This document shows, piece by piece, positions 11,849 to 22,729 of a stretch of 36,193 nt of DNA. The DNA is taken from assembly GCF_001194135.2 (NCBI RefSeq), contig NC_068986.1, positions 55,656,419 to 55,692,611 on the forward strand, given 5' to 3'. Origin of the DNA: Octopus bimaculoides. Taxonomy: Eukaryota. How positions within the stretch are numbered: position 1 is the first letter of the stretch; each line of letters opens with the position of its first letter. A model generated the notes under the pieces. The model was given only the letters and a program-made list of their open reading frames with translations, was not told the origin of the DNA and made no database searches. Both the position numbers and the translations under genes were made by a program.

Positions 11849-12040
11849 TGTATGTATGTATGTATGTATGTATATATATATATATATATATNNNNNNNNN
11901 NNNNNNNNNNNNNNNNNNNNNNNNNNNNNNNNNNNNNNNNNNNNNNNNNNNNNNNNNNNNNNNNNNNNNNNNTTTCTCTCTCTCTTCCATTTCTCTCTCT
12001 TCCCTCTCTCTCTCTCTCTATCTATATATATATATATGTA
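11555..12040. repeat. Compound microsatellite (CA, TCTG/TCTA, CT, TA, TATG) around an N-gap
   Basis: Directly visible. Confidence 0.95.
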
Positions 12041-12369
12041 GATCTTGCCACACTCATACATACTTTCGCATTTATATACGTTTTCACACAGAGAATTATT
12101 TAATAGCCGCATAACTAATTAGATTTATGTATTATTAAATTAGAAAGTGAATAAACGAATAAGAATAAAGAGAATACTTGCTTAACGTGACAAACATGCT
12201 ATTCTATCGTTTCCTTTATTTTTGATTTTGGTTATGCTCTTTGGTTATACACACTCACACTCTCACATATTTATATGCATTCCTCAAACAATACTGGCTC
12301 ATTAACAAATTATCAATTAGATTATCAATTAGATAACGACTCTACTGCTTATGTTTGACATAAGCAAGT

Positions 12370-12650
12370 TTCCCCCTCATATATTGCAGCGCATGCTGCA
12401 AATGAAAAGTCTTGCAGATATCTTCTTTCTAACCTTCTTGCTATCTGTGAGGTGTTCACAGATCATCAACGTAAGTTCTTCTGTGATGTTGGACCTCAGC
12501 AAATTAGGGGTCCAGCCCTTGTGTACGTCATTATGATAAGGGGCATCGCCTCTTAACGTCCTGAGATCACCTGGTACCCCAATCTCCCTCGTAGGGAGTG
12601 AACCAGAAAACGTCATCAGTCTCTAAGTCACAGAACTCTCTTTCTTGAGA
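12370..12650 (-). mobile_element. Possible decayed reverse transcriptase core (LTR-type, BEL/Pao or gypsy)
   Basis: Minus frame ...DDVFWFTPYEG...EVQHHRRTYVDDL* contains YVDD at 12462-12473 with several in-frame stops. The assignment rests on this motif and its context only. Confidence 0.3.
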
Positions 12651-12972
12651 TAGGCGAGTTTGTCATGATTCTTTTTTCATAGCAATGTTTTTTATGAGGT
12701 AGTATTTCTAACTATACAGCACCAACCTAAGAATCAAGTCTATATTTAGCTATCTTTTACTATGACATTTCTATAGAGAAACAGTTAATGCTGTTCTTTG
12801 TATCTTGTGGAGAGAATACTCGCACCCACACGGGGTATTTCTCAGATATCATTAACACTAAGTTCTTGCTGACTCATTCTCTCGAAGCACAAAACAGATA
12901 AAACACCGGGAGCTTACACGTCTAGTGTTTCGTTATTTTTCAGTGCAAAGTTCAAAATACCCTATTGACTAA

Positions 12973-12994
12973 TCTATATATATAAAAATGAGAA

Positions 12995-13033
<39 letters not shown>

Positions 13034-14467
13034 GTGAATCCCTAAAACTCGAGAACTACGCAACCAATTTCATTCAAATTTTACACATGCCTTACTTAGA
13101 GTTCCAGTTGTGTTTTAGTCAAAAAAAATTATTAACTTCTTGCAGAGTTCGAGCACACGGCAACATAATATCTCCTCNNNNNNNNNNNNNNNNNNNNNNN
13201 NNNNNNNNNNNNNNNNNNNNNNNNNNNNNNNNNNNNNNNNNNNNNNNNNNNNNNNNNNNNNNNNNNNNNNNNNNNNNNNNNNNNNNNNNNNNNNNNNNNN
13301 NNNNNNNNNNNNNNNNNNNNNNNNNNNNNNNNNNNNNNNNNNNNNNNNNNNNNNNNNNNNNNNNNNNNNNNNNNNNNNNNNNNNNNNNNNNNNNNNNNNN
13401 NNNNNNNNNNNNNNNNNNNNNNNNNNNNNNNNNNNNNNNNNNNNNNNNNNNNNNNNNNNNNNNNNNNNNNNNNNNNNNNNNNNNNNNNNNNNNNNNNNNN
13501 NNNNNNNNNNNNNNNNNNNNNNNNNNNNNNNNNNNNNNNNNNNNNNNNNNNNNNNNNNNNNNNNNNNNNNNNNNNNNNNNNNNNNNNNNNNNNNNNNNNN
13601 NNNNNNNNNNNNNNNNNNNNNNNNNNNNNNNNNNNNNNNNNNNNNNNNNNNNNNNNNNNNNNNNNNNNNNNNNNNNNNNNNNNNNNNNNNNNNNNNNNNN
13701 NNNNNNNNNNNNNNNNNNNNNNNNNNNNNNNNNNNNNNNNNNNNNNNNNNNNNNNNNNNNNNNNNNNNNNNNNNNNNNNNNNNNNNNNNNNNNNNNNNNN
13801 NNNNNNNNNNNNNNNNNNNNNNNNNNNNNNNNNNNNNNNNNNNNNNNNNNNNNNNNNNNNNNNNNNNNNNNNNNNNNNNNNNNNNNNNNNNNNNNNNNNN
13901 NNNNNNNNNNNNNNNNNNNNNNNNNNNNNNNNNNNNNNNNNNNNNNNNNNNNNNNNNNNNNNNNNNNNNNNNNNNNNNNNNNNNNNNNNNNNNNNNNNNN
14001 NNNNNNNNNNNNNNNNNNNNNNNNNNNNNNNNNNNNNNNNNNNNNNNNNNNNNNNNNNNNNNNNNNNNNNNNNNNNNNNNCCATAAACAAATATCAGGGT
14101 CAAACACTGTCTGTAGCTGGTCTTCTCTTGGAAGAGCCCTGCTTCTCACATGGACAACTGTATGTTGGCTGCTCAAGAGTGGGCAGCAACAAAAAACCTA
14201 TTTGTATATTCTCCACAAGGAAAAACAAGGAACATAGTTTACAATGAGGTGTTATAATCACAACAGCAAGAAAGTATGTACATGATCACCTTCTTTTACG
14301 AAACTTCATTGACTTTCATATATTTATATTGATATACATATATATACGTGTGTTTGGGTGCGTGTGTGTATATACATCTCTCTATATAAAGATGATGCGT
14401 AGTCTAGACGGCGTTTTTAGATTTCATTATTCTCTTTAACCCGGGCAACGCCGGGTATTTCTGCTAG
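12973..14467 (+). mobile_element. Helitron (internally deleted or gapped)
   Basis: 5' end A|TCTATATATATAAAAATGAGAATG followed by (TCTG)n. 3' end has the hairpin ACCCGG-gcaacg-CCGGGT (14439-14456), then CTAG|T (14464-14468), so the insertion lies between A and T. A helicase remnant is internal, and the 903-nt N-gap makes the linkage of the two ends provisional. Confidence 0.8.
14083..14257 (+). pseudogene. Helitron RepHel PIF1-like helicase C-terminal remnant (frameshifted)
   Basis: INKYQGQTLSVAGLLLEEPCFSHGQLYVGCSRVG, then after a frameshift KNLFVYSPQGKTRNIVYNEVL*. This matches the TINKxQGQ...FSHGQLYVAxSRV...NxVYxEVL C-terminus of Helitron helicases. Confidence 0.9.
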
Positions 14468-15089
14468 TGTACAGATAAAAGGATGTCAGGATGGTAACAG
14501 TAGTACAAGCTTCACTCACCCTTCTCAAACAGATTTATAATGAAAGGAGTTTCAGCTATGACAATCCCGTCTTTTCTCTATCATAGAGTGTCTAAAACAA
14601 CATTATACAATCTATCTTATTTTTTAGATGGTAAGAATGAAATTTGAGGGTGATTTGGCACCTATTTCTAGCAGGTTGAGTGATCATATAGTCTATCTCA
14701 TTGGTTCCCACCCGCTCTCTCTCCCTTGTTTTTCTAGATTACTCCAGATCAAGATCAAGAAGTATGGTCAATATTCTAGCTTAGATTATCCTTGTTATTA
14801 CCCCAAACATAGTGTATCTACTGTCCTTCGCTTCACCTTAAAGACTGCAAAAAATCGAGGTAAATATAACTGTTATTTCTACAAGGCGATCTATAATCTG
14901 AAGAATTCTTCGCCTCCTCGATCCCCAGTCATTATCATATCTAGTATTTTCTACATATTTGCAGCTGACCGAATCAATAACAGAGATCGACCCGCAGTAA
15001 GGAGGTGTTGCGGGTCATATCTTGAGGCAAGGGTAGGTAACTCTCACTAGCTTTTCTCTGCGAACCGTCACACTGAGAAGAGTAAACAA

Positions 15090-15360
15090 TAACATCACCA
15101 AACCACTACCACCATCTTCATCACACACCCCTACCATCACTTCATGATGATGATCATCAGTATGCTACCATTATCATCTTCTTCCACCTCCTCTGCCTTA
15201 TCACCATCATCAACATCTCCACAACTATCACCACTCCCCATCATCTCCACACCACCACCACTTTCACCATCATCATCATCATCATCATCATCCCCACAAT
15301 CATCTTCACAACACCACCATCTCCATCGCCACTGCCGCCACCACCATAGCTGCCGTCGTT
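15090..15360. repeat. Degenerate (CAT/CAC)n trinucleotide tract
   Basis: Directly visible; gives a spurious poly-Ser/His ORF. Confidence 0.9.
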
Positions 15361-16050
15361 AACTAGATTAATTAATGAGTCAGTAAATTATATATTATGG
15401 GTTCCCTCTGTCAATTTCTTACATTTCTACCTATGAGACACCAAGGAGACGAGCGAGCTCAATTAGCGTGCATCAACAGAAACACTTCTCACTCGTTGTA
15501 TTGTGGGTTGTGTATGTATGTATGTATGTATGTATGTATGTATGTATGTATGTATGTATGTATGTATGTCTTGACTGCTATGTGGTAGTCTAACATTCTA
15601 CTAGCCTACATTATTCTCAACACACATACAGCCATCAACCAGCAGGTACATAGATATCTTAGACGTCGGTGAAGGATTCCGAGACATGGCATTCGATATA
15701 AATAAATATCATATGTAAACATTGCAATGAACAGATTTTTTTCCTATATAAACAGATGGTTTATATAATCTCGTATTGGCTATAAGGTTCTATATAAAGA
15801 CGTTGAAGAGGCAGAAATGGCAGTTGGTCTCAAAGCATTTAGCAGTCTCCCTTATCGGAGTTCGTTTCTATGTGGAGGGTCGATAAACTATGTGTAATTG
15901 TGGTAATAACGTGTTTCATTAAACTGACTATATACCGCCCCCACTGTCGGGAAAAATGGCATTGTCCCAAGATAAAGGAAATTAATATCTTGTAAACAAA
16001 CTTAGAATTTATAGGAACACACACGAGAGAGAGTGCGCACATATATATGA

Positions 16051-16206
16051 CAGGCGTGGCTGTGTGATGAGAAGTTTGCTTCTCAATTACATGGTACTGG
16101 GTTCAGTTCCACCGCATGGTATATCAGGCAAGTGTTTTCTACTATAGTACCGGACCGCCAAAGCCTTCTAAGTGAATTTGGTTGAGGGAAACTGAAAGAA
16201 GACCGT

Positions 16207-16241
<35 letters not shown>

Positions 16242-16534
16242 GTCTGTCTGTCTGTCTTTTGTCCCCTCTGTGTAAAGCCCTGTGTGGCTAATAAAAGAAA
16301 TGTATCTGTCTGTCTGTCTGTCTGTCTATGCGTGTGTGTGTGTGACTGTGTCTTTGTACATGAGTTTGTCACCCACCCACCACCTGACAACTGGTATTGT
16401 TTTTTTTTTGCGTCCCCGAAACCCGGCGGTTCGGCAAAAGAAAGTGACGGAATAAGTGCCAGCCTTTAAACATAAGTACTGGAGTCGATTCGTTCGACTA
16501 AAATCCTTCAAGTCCTTGCTGCAGCATGGTCACA
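16051..16534 (+). mobile_element. SINE family A, full length with expanded (TCTA)/(TCTG)/(TG) spacer
   Basis: Head 'caggcgtggctgtgtgatgagaagtttgcttctc...gggttcagttccac'; 3' module 'ctgacaactgg...ggttcggcaaaagaaagtgacggaataagt...gtactggagtcgatt'. Confidence 0.85.
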
Positions 16535-16864
16535 TACACACACACATATATACATATATAAATACATATATACATACACATATATATATGCGCACATACG
16601 TACATACATGCAACATATTTGTATCTATATACAGGGTTCAAGGAGTATTTGATTACACTTCATTATCAGTGCATTAGTTTCTTCAAACCAATTATAGAGC
16701 TTTTATTTCTTTCAGATACTCAATGCCAGATAACATGCTTTGATTCCATATCTACTCACCTGGATTCCTCTTATAGCCACTCTTTACCCAGCAGACTTGG
16801 TCCTCGGTAAAGGTTTCAGAGTGTAAGTTCAAATCATTTGAGCGCAACAAAGTGTTCTCTATAT

Positions 16865-17077
16865 TCTTTTCTACTCTAAGTACAAGGCCCGCAATTTTTG
16901 GGAAGAGGGCCAGTCGATTAGATGGACCCCAGTACGCAACTGGTACTTAATTTATTGAGCCCGAAAGGATGAAAGGCAAAGTCGACCTCGGCGGAATTTG
17001 AACTCAGAACATAAGGATAGACGAAATATCGCTAAGCATTTCGCCTGGCGTGCTAACTATTCTGCCAGCTCGCAGCC
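16865..17077 (-). mobile_element. SINE family B, near full-length copy
   Basis: The reverse complement starts GGCTGCGAGCTGGCAGAATAGTTAGCACGCCAGGCG, with B-box-like GAGTTCAAATTCC and core CCTTTCATCCTTTCGGGCTCAATAAATTAAGTACC. Confidence 0.9.
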
Positions 17078-17670
17078 ATGAAGTGTTTTCTGTATTGAGA
17101 CTCTCTGGATCTCATCTGTTGACTCTGCGCTCTCTCTCTCTCACTCTCNNNNNNNNNNNNNNNNNNNNNNNNNNNNNNNNNNNNNNNNNNNNNNNNNNNN
17201 NNNNNNNNNNNNNNNNNNNNNNNNNNNNNNNNNNNNNNNNNNNNNNNNNNNNNNNNNNNNNNNNNNNNNNNNNNNNNNNNNNNNNNNNNNNNNNNNNNNN
17301 NNNNNNNNNNNNNNNNNNNNNNNNNNNNNNNNNNNNNNNNNNNNNNNNNNNNNNNNNNNNNNNNNNNNNNNNNNNNNNNNNNNNNNNNNNNNNNNNNNNN
17401 NNNNNNNNNNNNNNNNNNNNNNNNNNNNNNNNNNNNNNNNNNNNNNNNNNNNNNNNNNNNNNNNNNNNNNNNNNNNNNNNNNNNNNNNNNNNNNNNNNNN
17501 NNNNNNNNNNNNNNNNNNNNNNNNNNNNNNNNNNNNNNNNNNNNNNNNNNNNNNNNNNNNNNNNNNNNNNNNNNNNNNNNNNNNNNNNNNNNNNNNNNNN
17601 NNNNNNNNNNNNNNNNNNNNNNNNNNNNNNNNNNNNNNNNNNNNNNNNNNNNNNNNNNNNNNNNNNNNNN

Positions 17671-17702
<32 letters not shown>

Positions 17703-18939
17703 TGCACACGCATAAACACGCTCACTTATTGCATAATCATAAATGGAAGTACATAAACAACACTTAACGAAGAACAGAAAACAAGTAGAAATATCCTTCA
17801 ACAGCCGTATTATGCTGGATTCAGCGTGATTTCGGCAATCAAAACCAAATAGAGCTTCTCCAGTAAGCCTTCGTGATTATAAAAATAATTACAAGATTTT
17901 TCAACTAAACAAATCATGGATAACATCTTACGATTACAATAAAAGAACCGAACAAATTAAATAAATATTTTGGTTTTGTTACAACAATGTAATGTTGACA
18001 TACTCCAAAACAGACTCAGTTGTAAAAGACAATCATTTCGTTAAATGGTTCCTTTTGAGCCAACCACGACGACGACGACGACAACAAATGGCAACCATTT
18101 TTTTGTTTGTTCTGGCTTGAGCATTTTGGTGCGTCGAACTTTAGTAGCTACACATTGTACGCAGATACACCACGTTAATAATTGTATCAAATACGTAAGT
18201 GAAAATTATGTTGCTGATCTTCGCAAGAGATTAATCAAACAGGATTGTGAAAGGTATATGTTTATTGTCTTTTTTTACTTCCGCTTGAAGCATGCAGGCC
18301 ATTGTTCTAATCAGTATATGCATATGTGCTAGATTTCCTGCATCTTTATCAGTAATACACACAGAAATTCAAGGCAGCAGGAACAAACTAAATTGCTGAT
18401 ACATAAACATGCACGTGCACGCACATAGCAGGTTGGCTAAATTAATAATAATCACTTTCGTAGTTAAAGATTTCCAGAATTCATTTTTTATGGACCTAGT
18501 AAGAACATTTAACTCTCGCCGACTATATTCTTATCGATTCTTTTACAGGTTTCGTTCAGTCGATAGTATCGCTTCTACAATATATATGGGAAGGAGACGG
18601 TATATATTTTCCAGTGTTTTCCTTTAATTTGGAGGAAATAAGTCCTGTCTAAGCATGTGCTTGGTTGAGAGCATATGCGAATTGACATGGCCCAACGTGG
18701 CCAAAATGCGTCTAGCATCCTCAATAGCCACTACTGGGACGATTTTTGTGTCCCTCCAATATATACATTGTGTATTTTAACACAGCACGTCCATAAGAGA
18801 TGTTATCTCTGATCGAAACTACAGTAAATTTACGGTAAAACTACAATAAATTTACCTTTCACCAAAACTATACACCCCAGCATGCACATAAACAAGCGGA
18901 AACTGTTACAAATATGTACACAAGTCATTTACACGCGTA

Positions 18940-19420
18940 CGAGCGTATAAAGACACATACACACACATAACTACACACACATACACATAACCACACATAC
19001 ACACACGCATGCAAGTGCACGTACAAACACACATAAATTTACACACGCGTACAAACACACGAACAAACACGCAGACATTGACACACGTGCGAGCATGTAA
19101 ACACATACGCAGACGTTTACACACTTGCACGTAGCGAAACATACGTAACGGTGCACGTACAAACACACACATATACAAACACGCAGACATTTACACACAT
19201 GCGACAATGTAAACACACACACTTACACACACACACTTCCATACATAGACTTTTACGCACTTACGAACACACATGCACACACATACAGACATTTACACAC
19301 TTGCGAGTTTGTAACCACACGCACACATATAGACACACGAGCACGCGTGTAAAAATACAAAGAAACGTACACACAGACACATGCAAACATGCGCATGCGC
19401 ACACACAAACACAAGCGTTC
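18940..19420. repeat. Long degenerate CA-rich (cryptic) microsatellite
   Basis: About 480 bp of interrupted (CA)/(CG)/(TA) alternation. Confidence 0.85.
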
Positions 19421-19902
19421 ATAATATGAACGAGCCGGTGAACAATAATTAACTATTGTATAATGTGTGATATGTAAGCGAGAACGTATCATCAGCTTCA
19501 ACGTGTTTCGCCATATTGCTTTTAAAAGTACAACCATTTTGGCTGTCATTGATTTTTCGATTTTTCAACCAAAGTTGTTCATCAGAAGAATGCTTCCACT
19601 ATCCCCTATTGATTAATATTTTCGACACTGTTGATTCCGGTGAAAGATTCTAACATTTAAATGGCCGTTAGAGCAAGCAAACACTGTTTTTTACTCCTCC
19701 CACTAGGTTTTTATCTGTAGTTATTCTTAGCCTCGTTCTTTAAACTGGAAAGGTCTCTATCTATCTTCAACAATCTAACTACTAAATATCCGGATTAGTT
19801 CCAGTTCTTCGTGTCTTTCTGTTTCTCTCATGATATATTCATATATACAAACATGCATACATATATATATACATAGTAGATATTATATATATATATATAT
19901 AT

Positions 19903-19934
<32 letters not shown>

Positions 19935-19937
19935 GAT

Positions 19938-20152
19938 TTATCTTTTACATGTTTCAGTCAGTAGACTGTGACCTTGCTGGGGCACCACATGGAAAATCTT
20001 TTTTAGTCGAATGAATCGGCTCCAGAACTTATTTGTTTAAGTCTTGTACTTAATCAATCATTTCATTTTTGCCGAACTGTTAAGTAACGGAGATGTAAAC
20101 ACACCAGCACCGGTTGTCAAGCAGAGGTGGGGGACAAAATAAGACACACACA

Positions 20153-20229
<77 letters not shown>

Positions 20230-20323
20230 CGACGGGCTTCTTTCAGTTACAGTCAGCCAAATCTGCTCACAAGACTTTGGTCGGCCTGGGGCTCTAGTAA
20301 AAGACACTTGTCCAAGGTTCCAT
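19938..20323 (-). mobile_element. SINE family A (head truncated) with (TA)n spacer
   Basis: 3' module reverse complement at ~19938-20140, (TA)n at 20157-20222, then 'gacgggcttctttcagttacag...cacaagactttggtcggcctggggctctagtaaaagacacttgtccaagg'. Confidence 0.85.
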
Positions 20324-20614
20324 ATAGGAATATTATAGATATATAGATAGGGATATAGATAGATACACATACAAACACATACATAAATACACAGACACAC
20401 ATGGACACATGGACACAGAAACTAACACAAATACCACACACCCGCGCGTGCACACACACACACACGTATTGTAGTATAACATTCAAAGCAACATAAATGA
20501 TACAGTTTAATAAATAACCCACTTCATTACATATGTCTGTGTTTGGAAGATATATTTATTTATCAAGTTAGGAATATAATACAACAGTTGAGTTATTTCT
20601 ACACAATATCGTAC

Positions 20615-20647
20615 CTTTTCAAAGATAGTAATTCTATCTTTGAAAAG
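20615..20647 (-). CDS. Candidate 33-nt exon (phase 0->0; LFKDRITIFEK) coinciding with a perfect palindrome
   Basis: Minus strand reads ...catttccatacattattgtag|CTTTTCAAAGATAGAATTACTATCTTTGAAAAG|gtacga. The same 33 nt form a 14-bp perfect inverted repeat with a 5-nt loop. The palindrome is certain; exon status is inferred. Confidence 0.3.
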
Positions 20648-20754
20648 CTACAATAATGTATGGAAATGACTGTACCGTTTTATGTAAGGAATTATTGCAT
20701 ATACATTCATTGCCCCAGGATAATCGTAGTCGCATGGATGAAACGTATAAATGA

Positions 20755-20801
<47 letters not shown>

Positions 20802-21351
20802 NNNNNNNNNNNNNNNNNNNNNNNNNNNNNNNNNNNNNNNNNNNNNNNNNNNNNNNNNNNNNNNNNNNNNNNNNNNNNNNNNNNNNNNNNNNNNNNNNNN
20901 NNNNNNNNNNNNNNNNNNNNNNNNNNNNNNNNNNNNNNNNNNNNNNNNNNNNNNNNNNNNNNNNNNNNNNNNNNNNNNNNNNNNNNNNNNNNNNNNNNNN
21001 NNNNNNNNNNNNNNNNNNNNNNNNNNNNNNNNNNNNNNNNNNNNNNNNNNNNNNNNNNNNNNNNNNNNNNNNNNNNNNNNNNNNNNNNNNNNNNNNNNNN
21101 NNNNNNNNNNNNNNNNNNNNNNNNNNNNNNNNNNNNNNNNNNNNNNNNNNNNNNNNNNNNNNNNNNNNNNNNNNNNNNNNNNNNNNNNNNNNNNNNNNNN
21201 NNNNNNNNNNNNNNNNNNNNNNNNNNNNNNNNNNNNNNNNNNNNNNNNNNNNNNNNNNNNNNNNNNNNNNNNNNNNNNNNNNNNNNNNNNNNNNNNNNNN
21301 NNNNNNNNNNNNNNNNNNNNNNNNNNNNNNNNNNNNNNNNNNNNNNNNNNN

Positions 21352-21422
<71 letters not shown>

Positions 21423-21519
21423 TGTGTGTGGCACTCGCCTTCATCCCTTCTGCTACCTTTTAAACACATATGAAAATAATGTAGATCTACACTTAAAAAG
21501 GAAGGGATGATCATGGCTA

Positions 21520-21790
21520 AACAACTATTACAAGTTTGATATAGAATAACGACACCATAAGAACCGTCAAAAAGAGCAAATATAGATGGGTTGGCTTCAT
21601 CGCGCAACTGAAGAACAACAGATGGACAATCAGGATGACGGAATGGACACCAAGACAGTGGACAAGATCAAGAGGCCAATCAAAGACAAGCTGATGATAT
21701 GATCTCACACACTACCTGGGGCCTACATGGCCACGACTGGCCAGTTGCAGAATGCAGTGGAAAGTGTTCCGTTTTCAGGAGCGATGAAAC
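21520..21790 (+). mobile_element. RTE-clade LINE 3' fragment (C-terminal to RT)
   Basis: Translation DTIRTVKKSKYRWVGFIAQLKNNRWTIRMTEWTPRQWTRSRGQSKTS**YDLTHYLGPTWPRLASCRMQWK matches the RTE pattern K.RWAGH.AR...RW...TEW.PR...R.RGRP..RW.D. The two stops are at typical Trp/Arg positions. Confidence 0.85.
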
Positions 21791-22024
21791 CCTAGATAGT
21801 GGATACTGGACTTCCAAAAAAAAAAAAAAACTTATCTTAATTAAGAGGAACAATGCCTGCCCATATAACCCTTTAAAGAGCATATAAGACTGATGGGCGA
21901 AAAGGAGAAAATATCCTCAGAGAGTGACCTGGTCAGAGTGCTTGCAACAGAGTGGACGTCACTATAGGGACCAAGAACCAAGTGGCAGTGTTAAACTTAG
22001 TGTCAGATTGATGATGTCAACAAC

Positions 22025-22058
22025 GGTGCCACTGACGATGACGATGACTGCGATAACC

Positions 22059-22091
<33 letters not shown>

Positions 22092-22175
22092 GTCATCATC
22101 ATTATCGTCGTCATCGTCGTCGTCGTCGTCGTCATCACCGTCACCATCATCATCATTTCCATTATCATCATTGTG
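22025..22175. repeat. (CAT)n/(CGT)n trinucleotide tract
   Basis: Directly visible; gives spurious poly-Ile/Val and poly-Met ORFs. Confidence 0.95.
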
Positions 22176-22393
22176 GCGATAAGCATCACGCTATGTCTCT
22201 CAGAAAATGCCAGGTTTAGTTCGTTCGTAGATTTTTTGTTTTGCTTTTATTTCTAGCTCCTTCATCAGTGTTATTAATAGTGATGATGCTTCTGGGCCAT
22301 ACCCACTGAATTGCAGCCCATTCTGCTTCTCACCTTCGCCATGTCCCTGTGTCAATCTTAGTAAAATCAACCGGAAATGAAATGGAAGCTTAC

Positions 22394-22442
22394 AGATAGC
22401 ACATACAACACCATGATGGGAAACAGGAGGATGAAATGGATG
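22394..22442 (-). CDS. Candidate 49-nt exon (phase 2->0; xIHFILLFPIMVLYVLS, transmembrane-like)
   Basis: Minus strand reads ...gtatatgctgttctag|CATCCATTTCATCCTCCTGTTTCCCATCATGGTGTTGTATGTGCTATCT|gtaagc; 16 nearly all hydrophobic residues. Confidence 0.35.
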
Positions 22443-22729
22443 CTAGAACAGCATATACTTATCTACATACATATAGAAATCTAGGACTCTTTCGAGAATT
22501 TTCTGGATGATACATTGAACCTTAGTACTGGACTTTTATGACCTTTATCATAAATCTAATTAACACCGCCAACACGTAAATCGAAAAACTAGCCATGCTA
22601 AAGCAGTAATTAATTTTATAGTAAGTGTTATCTCAGAAGATCTAATCTTTGAGGTAAAGAAAAACTTTTTCTTACAAAAGTAAGAATATTATAACGCCAC
22701 TTTAGCTTGGGTTAGACATACTGAGAAGG

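Noticed and set aside
11731-12025. Duplicated CT-rich block either side of the 11892-11972 gap
   Set aside because: Probably the same contig-overlap artefact within low-complexity sequence.
12390-12470. Plus-strand exon candidate (ttgcag|...|gtaagt)
   Set aside because: The 'donor' coincides with the reverse strand of a YVDD motif in a probable RT remnant, and no frame gave a recognisable protein; it is more simply explained as TE decay.
14486-14700. Micro-exon 'tttttag|ATG|gtaaga' and minus exon AETPFIINLFEK
   Set aside because: Both lie in sequence resembling a dispersed repeat (similar sequence recurs near 30790-30850), so the splice-like signals are probably incidental.
15144-15362. Ser/Pro/His-rich ORF, and similarly the poly-Ile/Val 'transmembrane' ORF at 21924-22256
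   Set aside because: Products of (CAT/CAC/CGT)n trinucleotide tracts with no flanking exon support.
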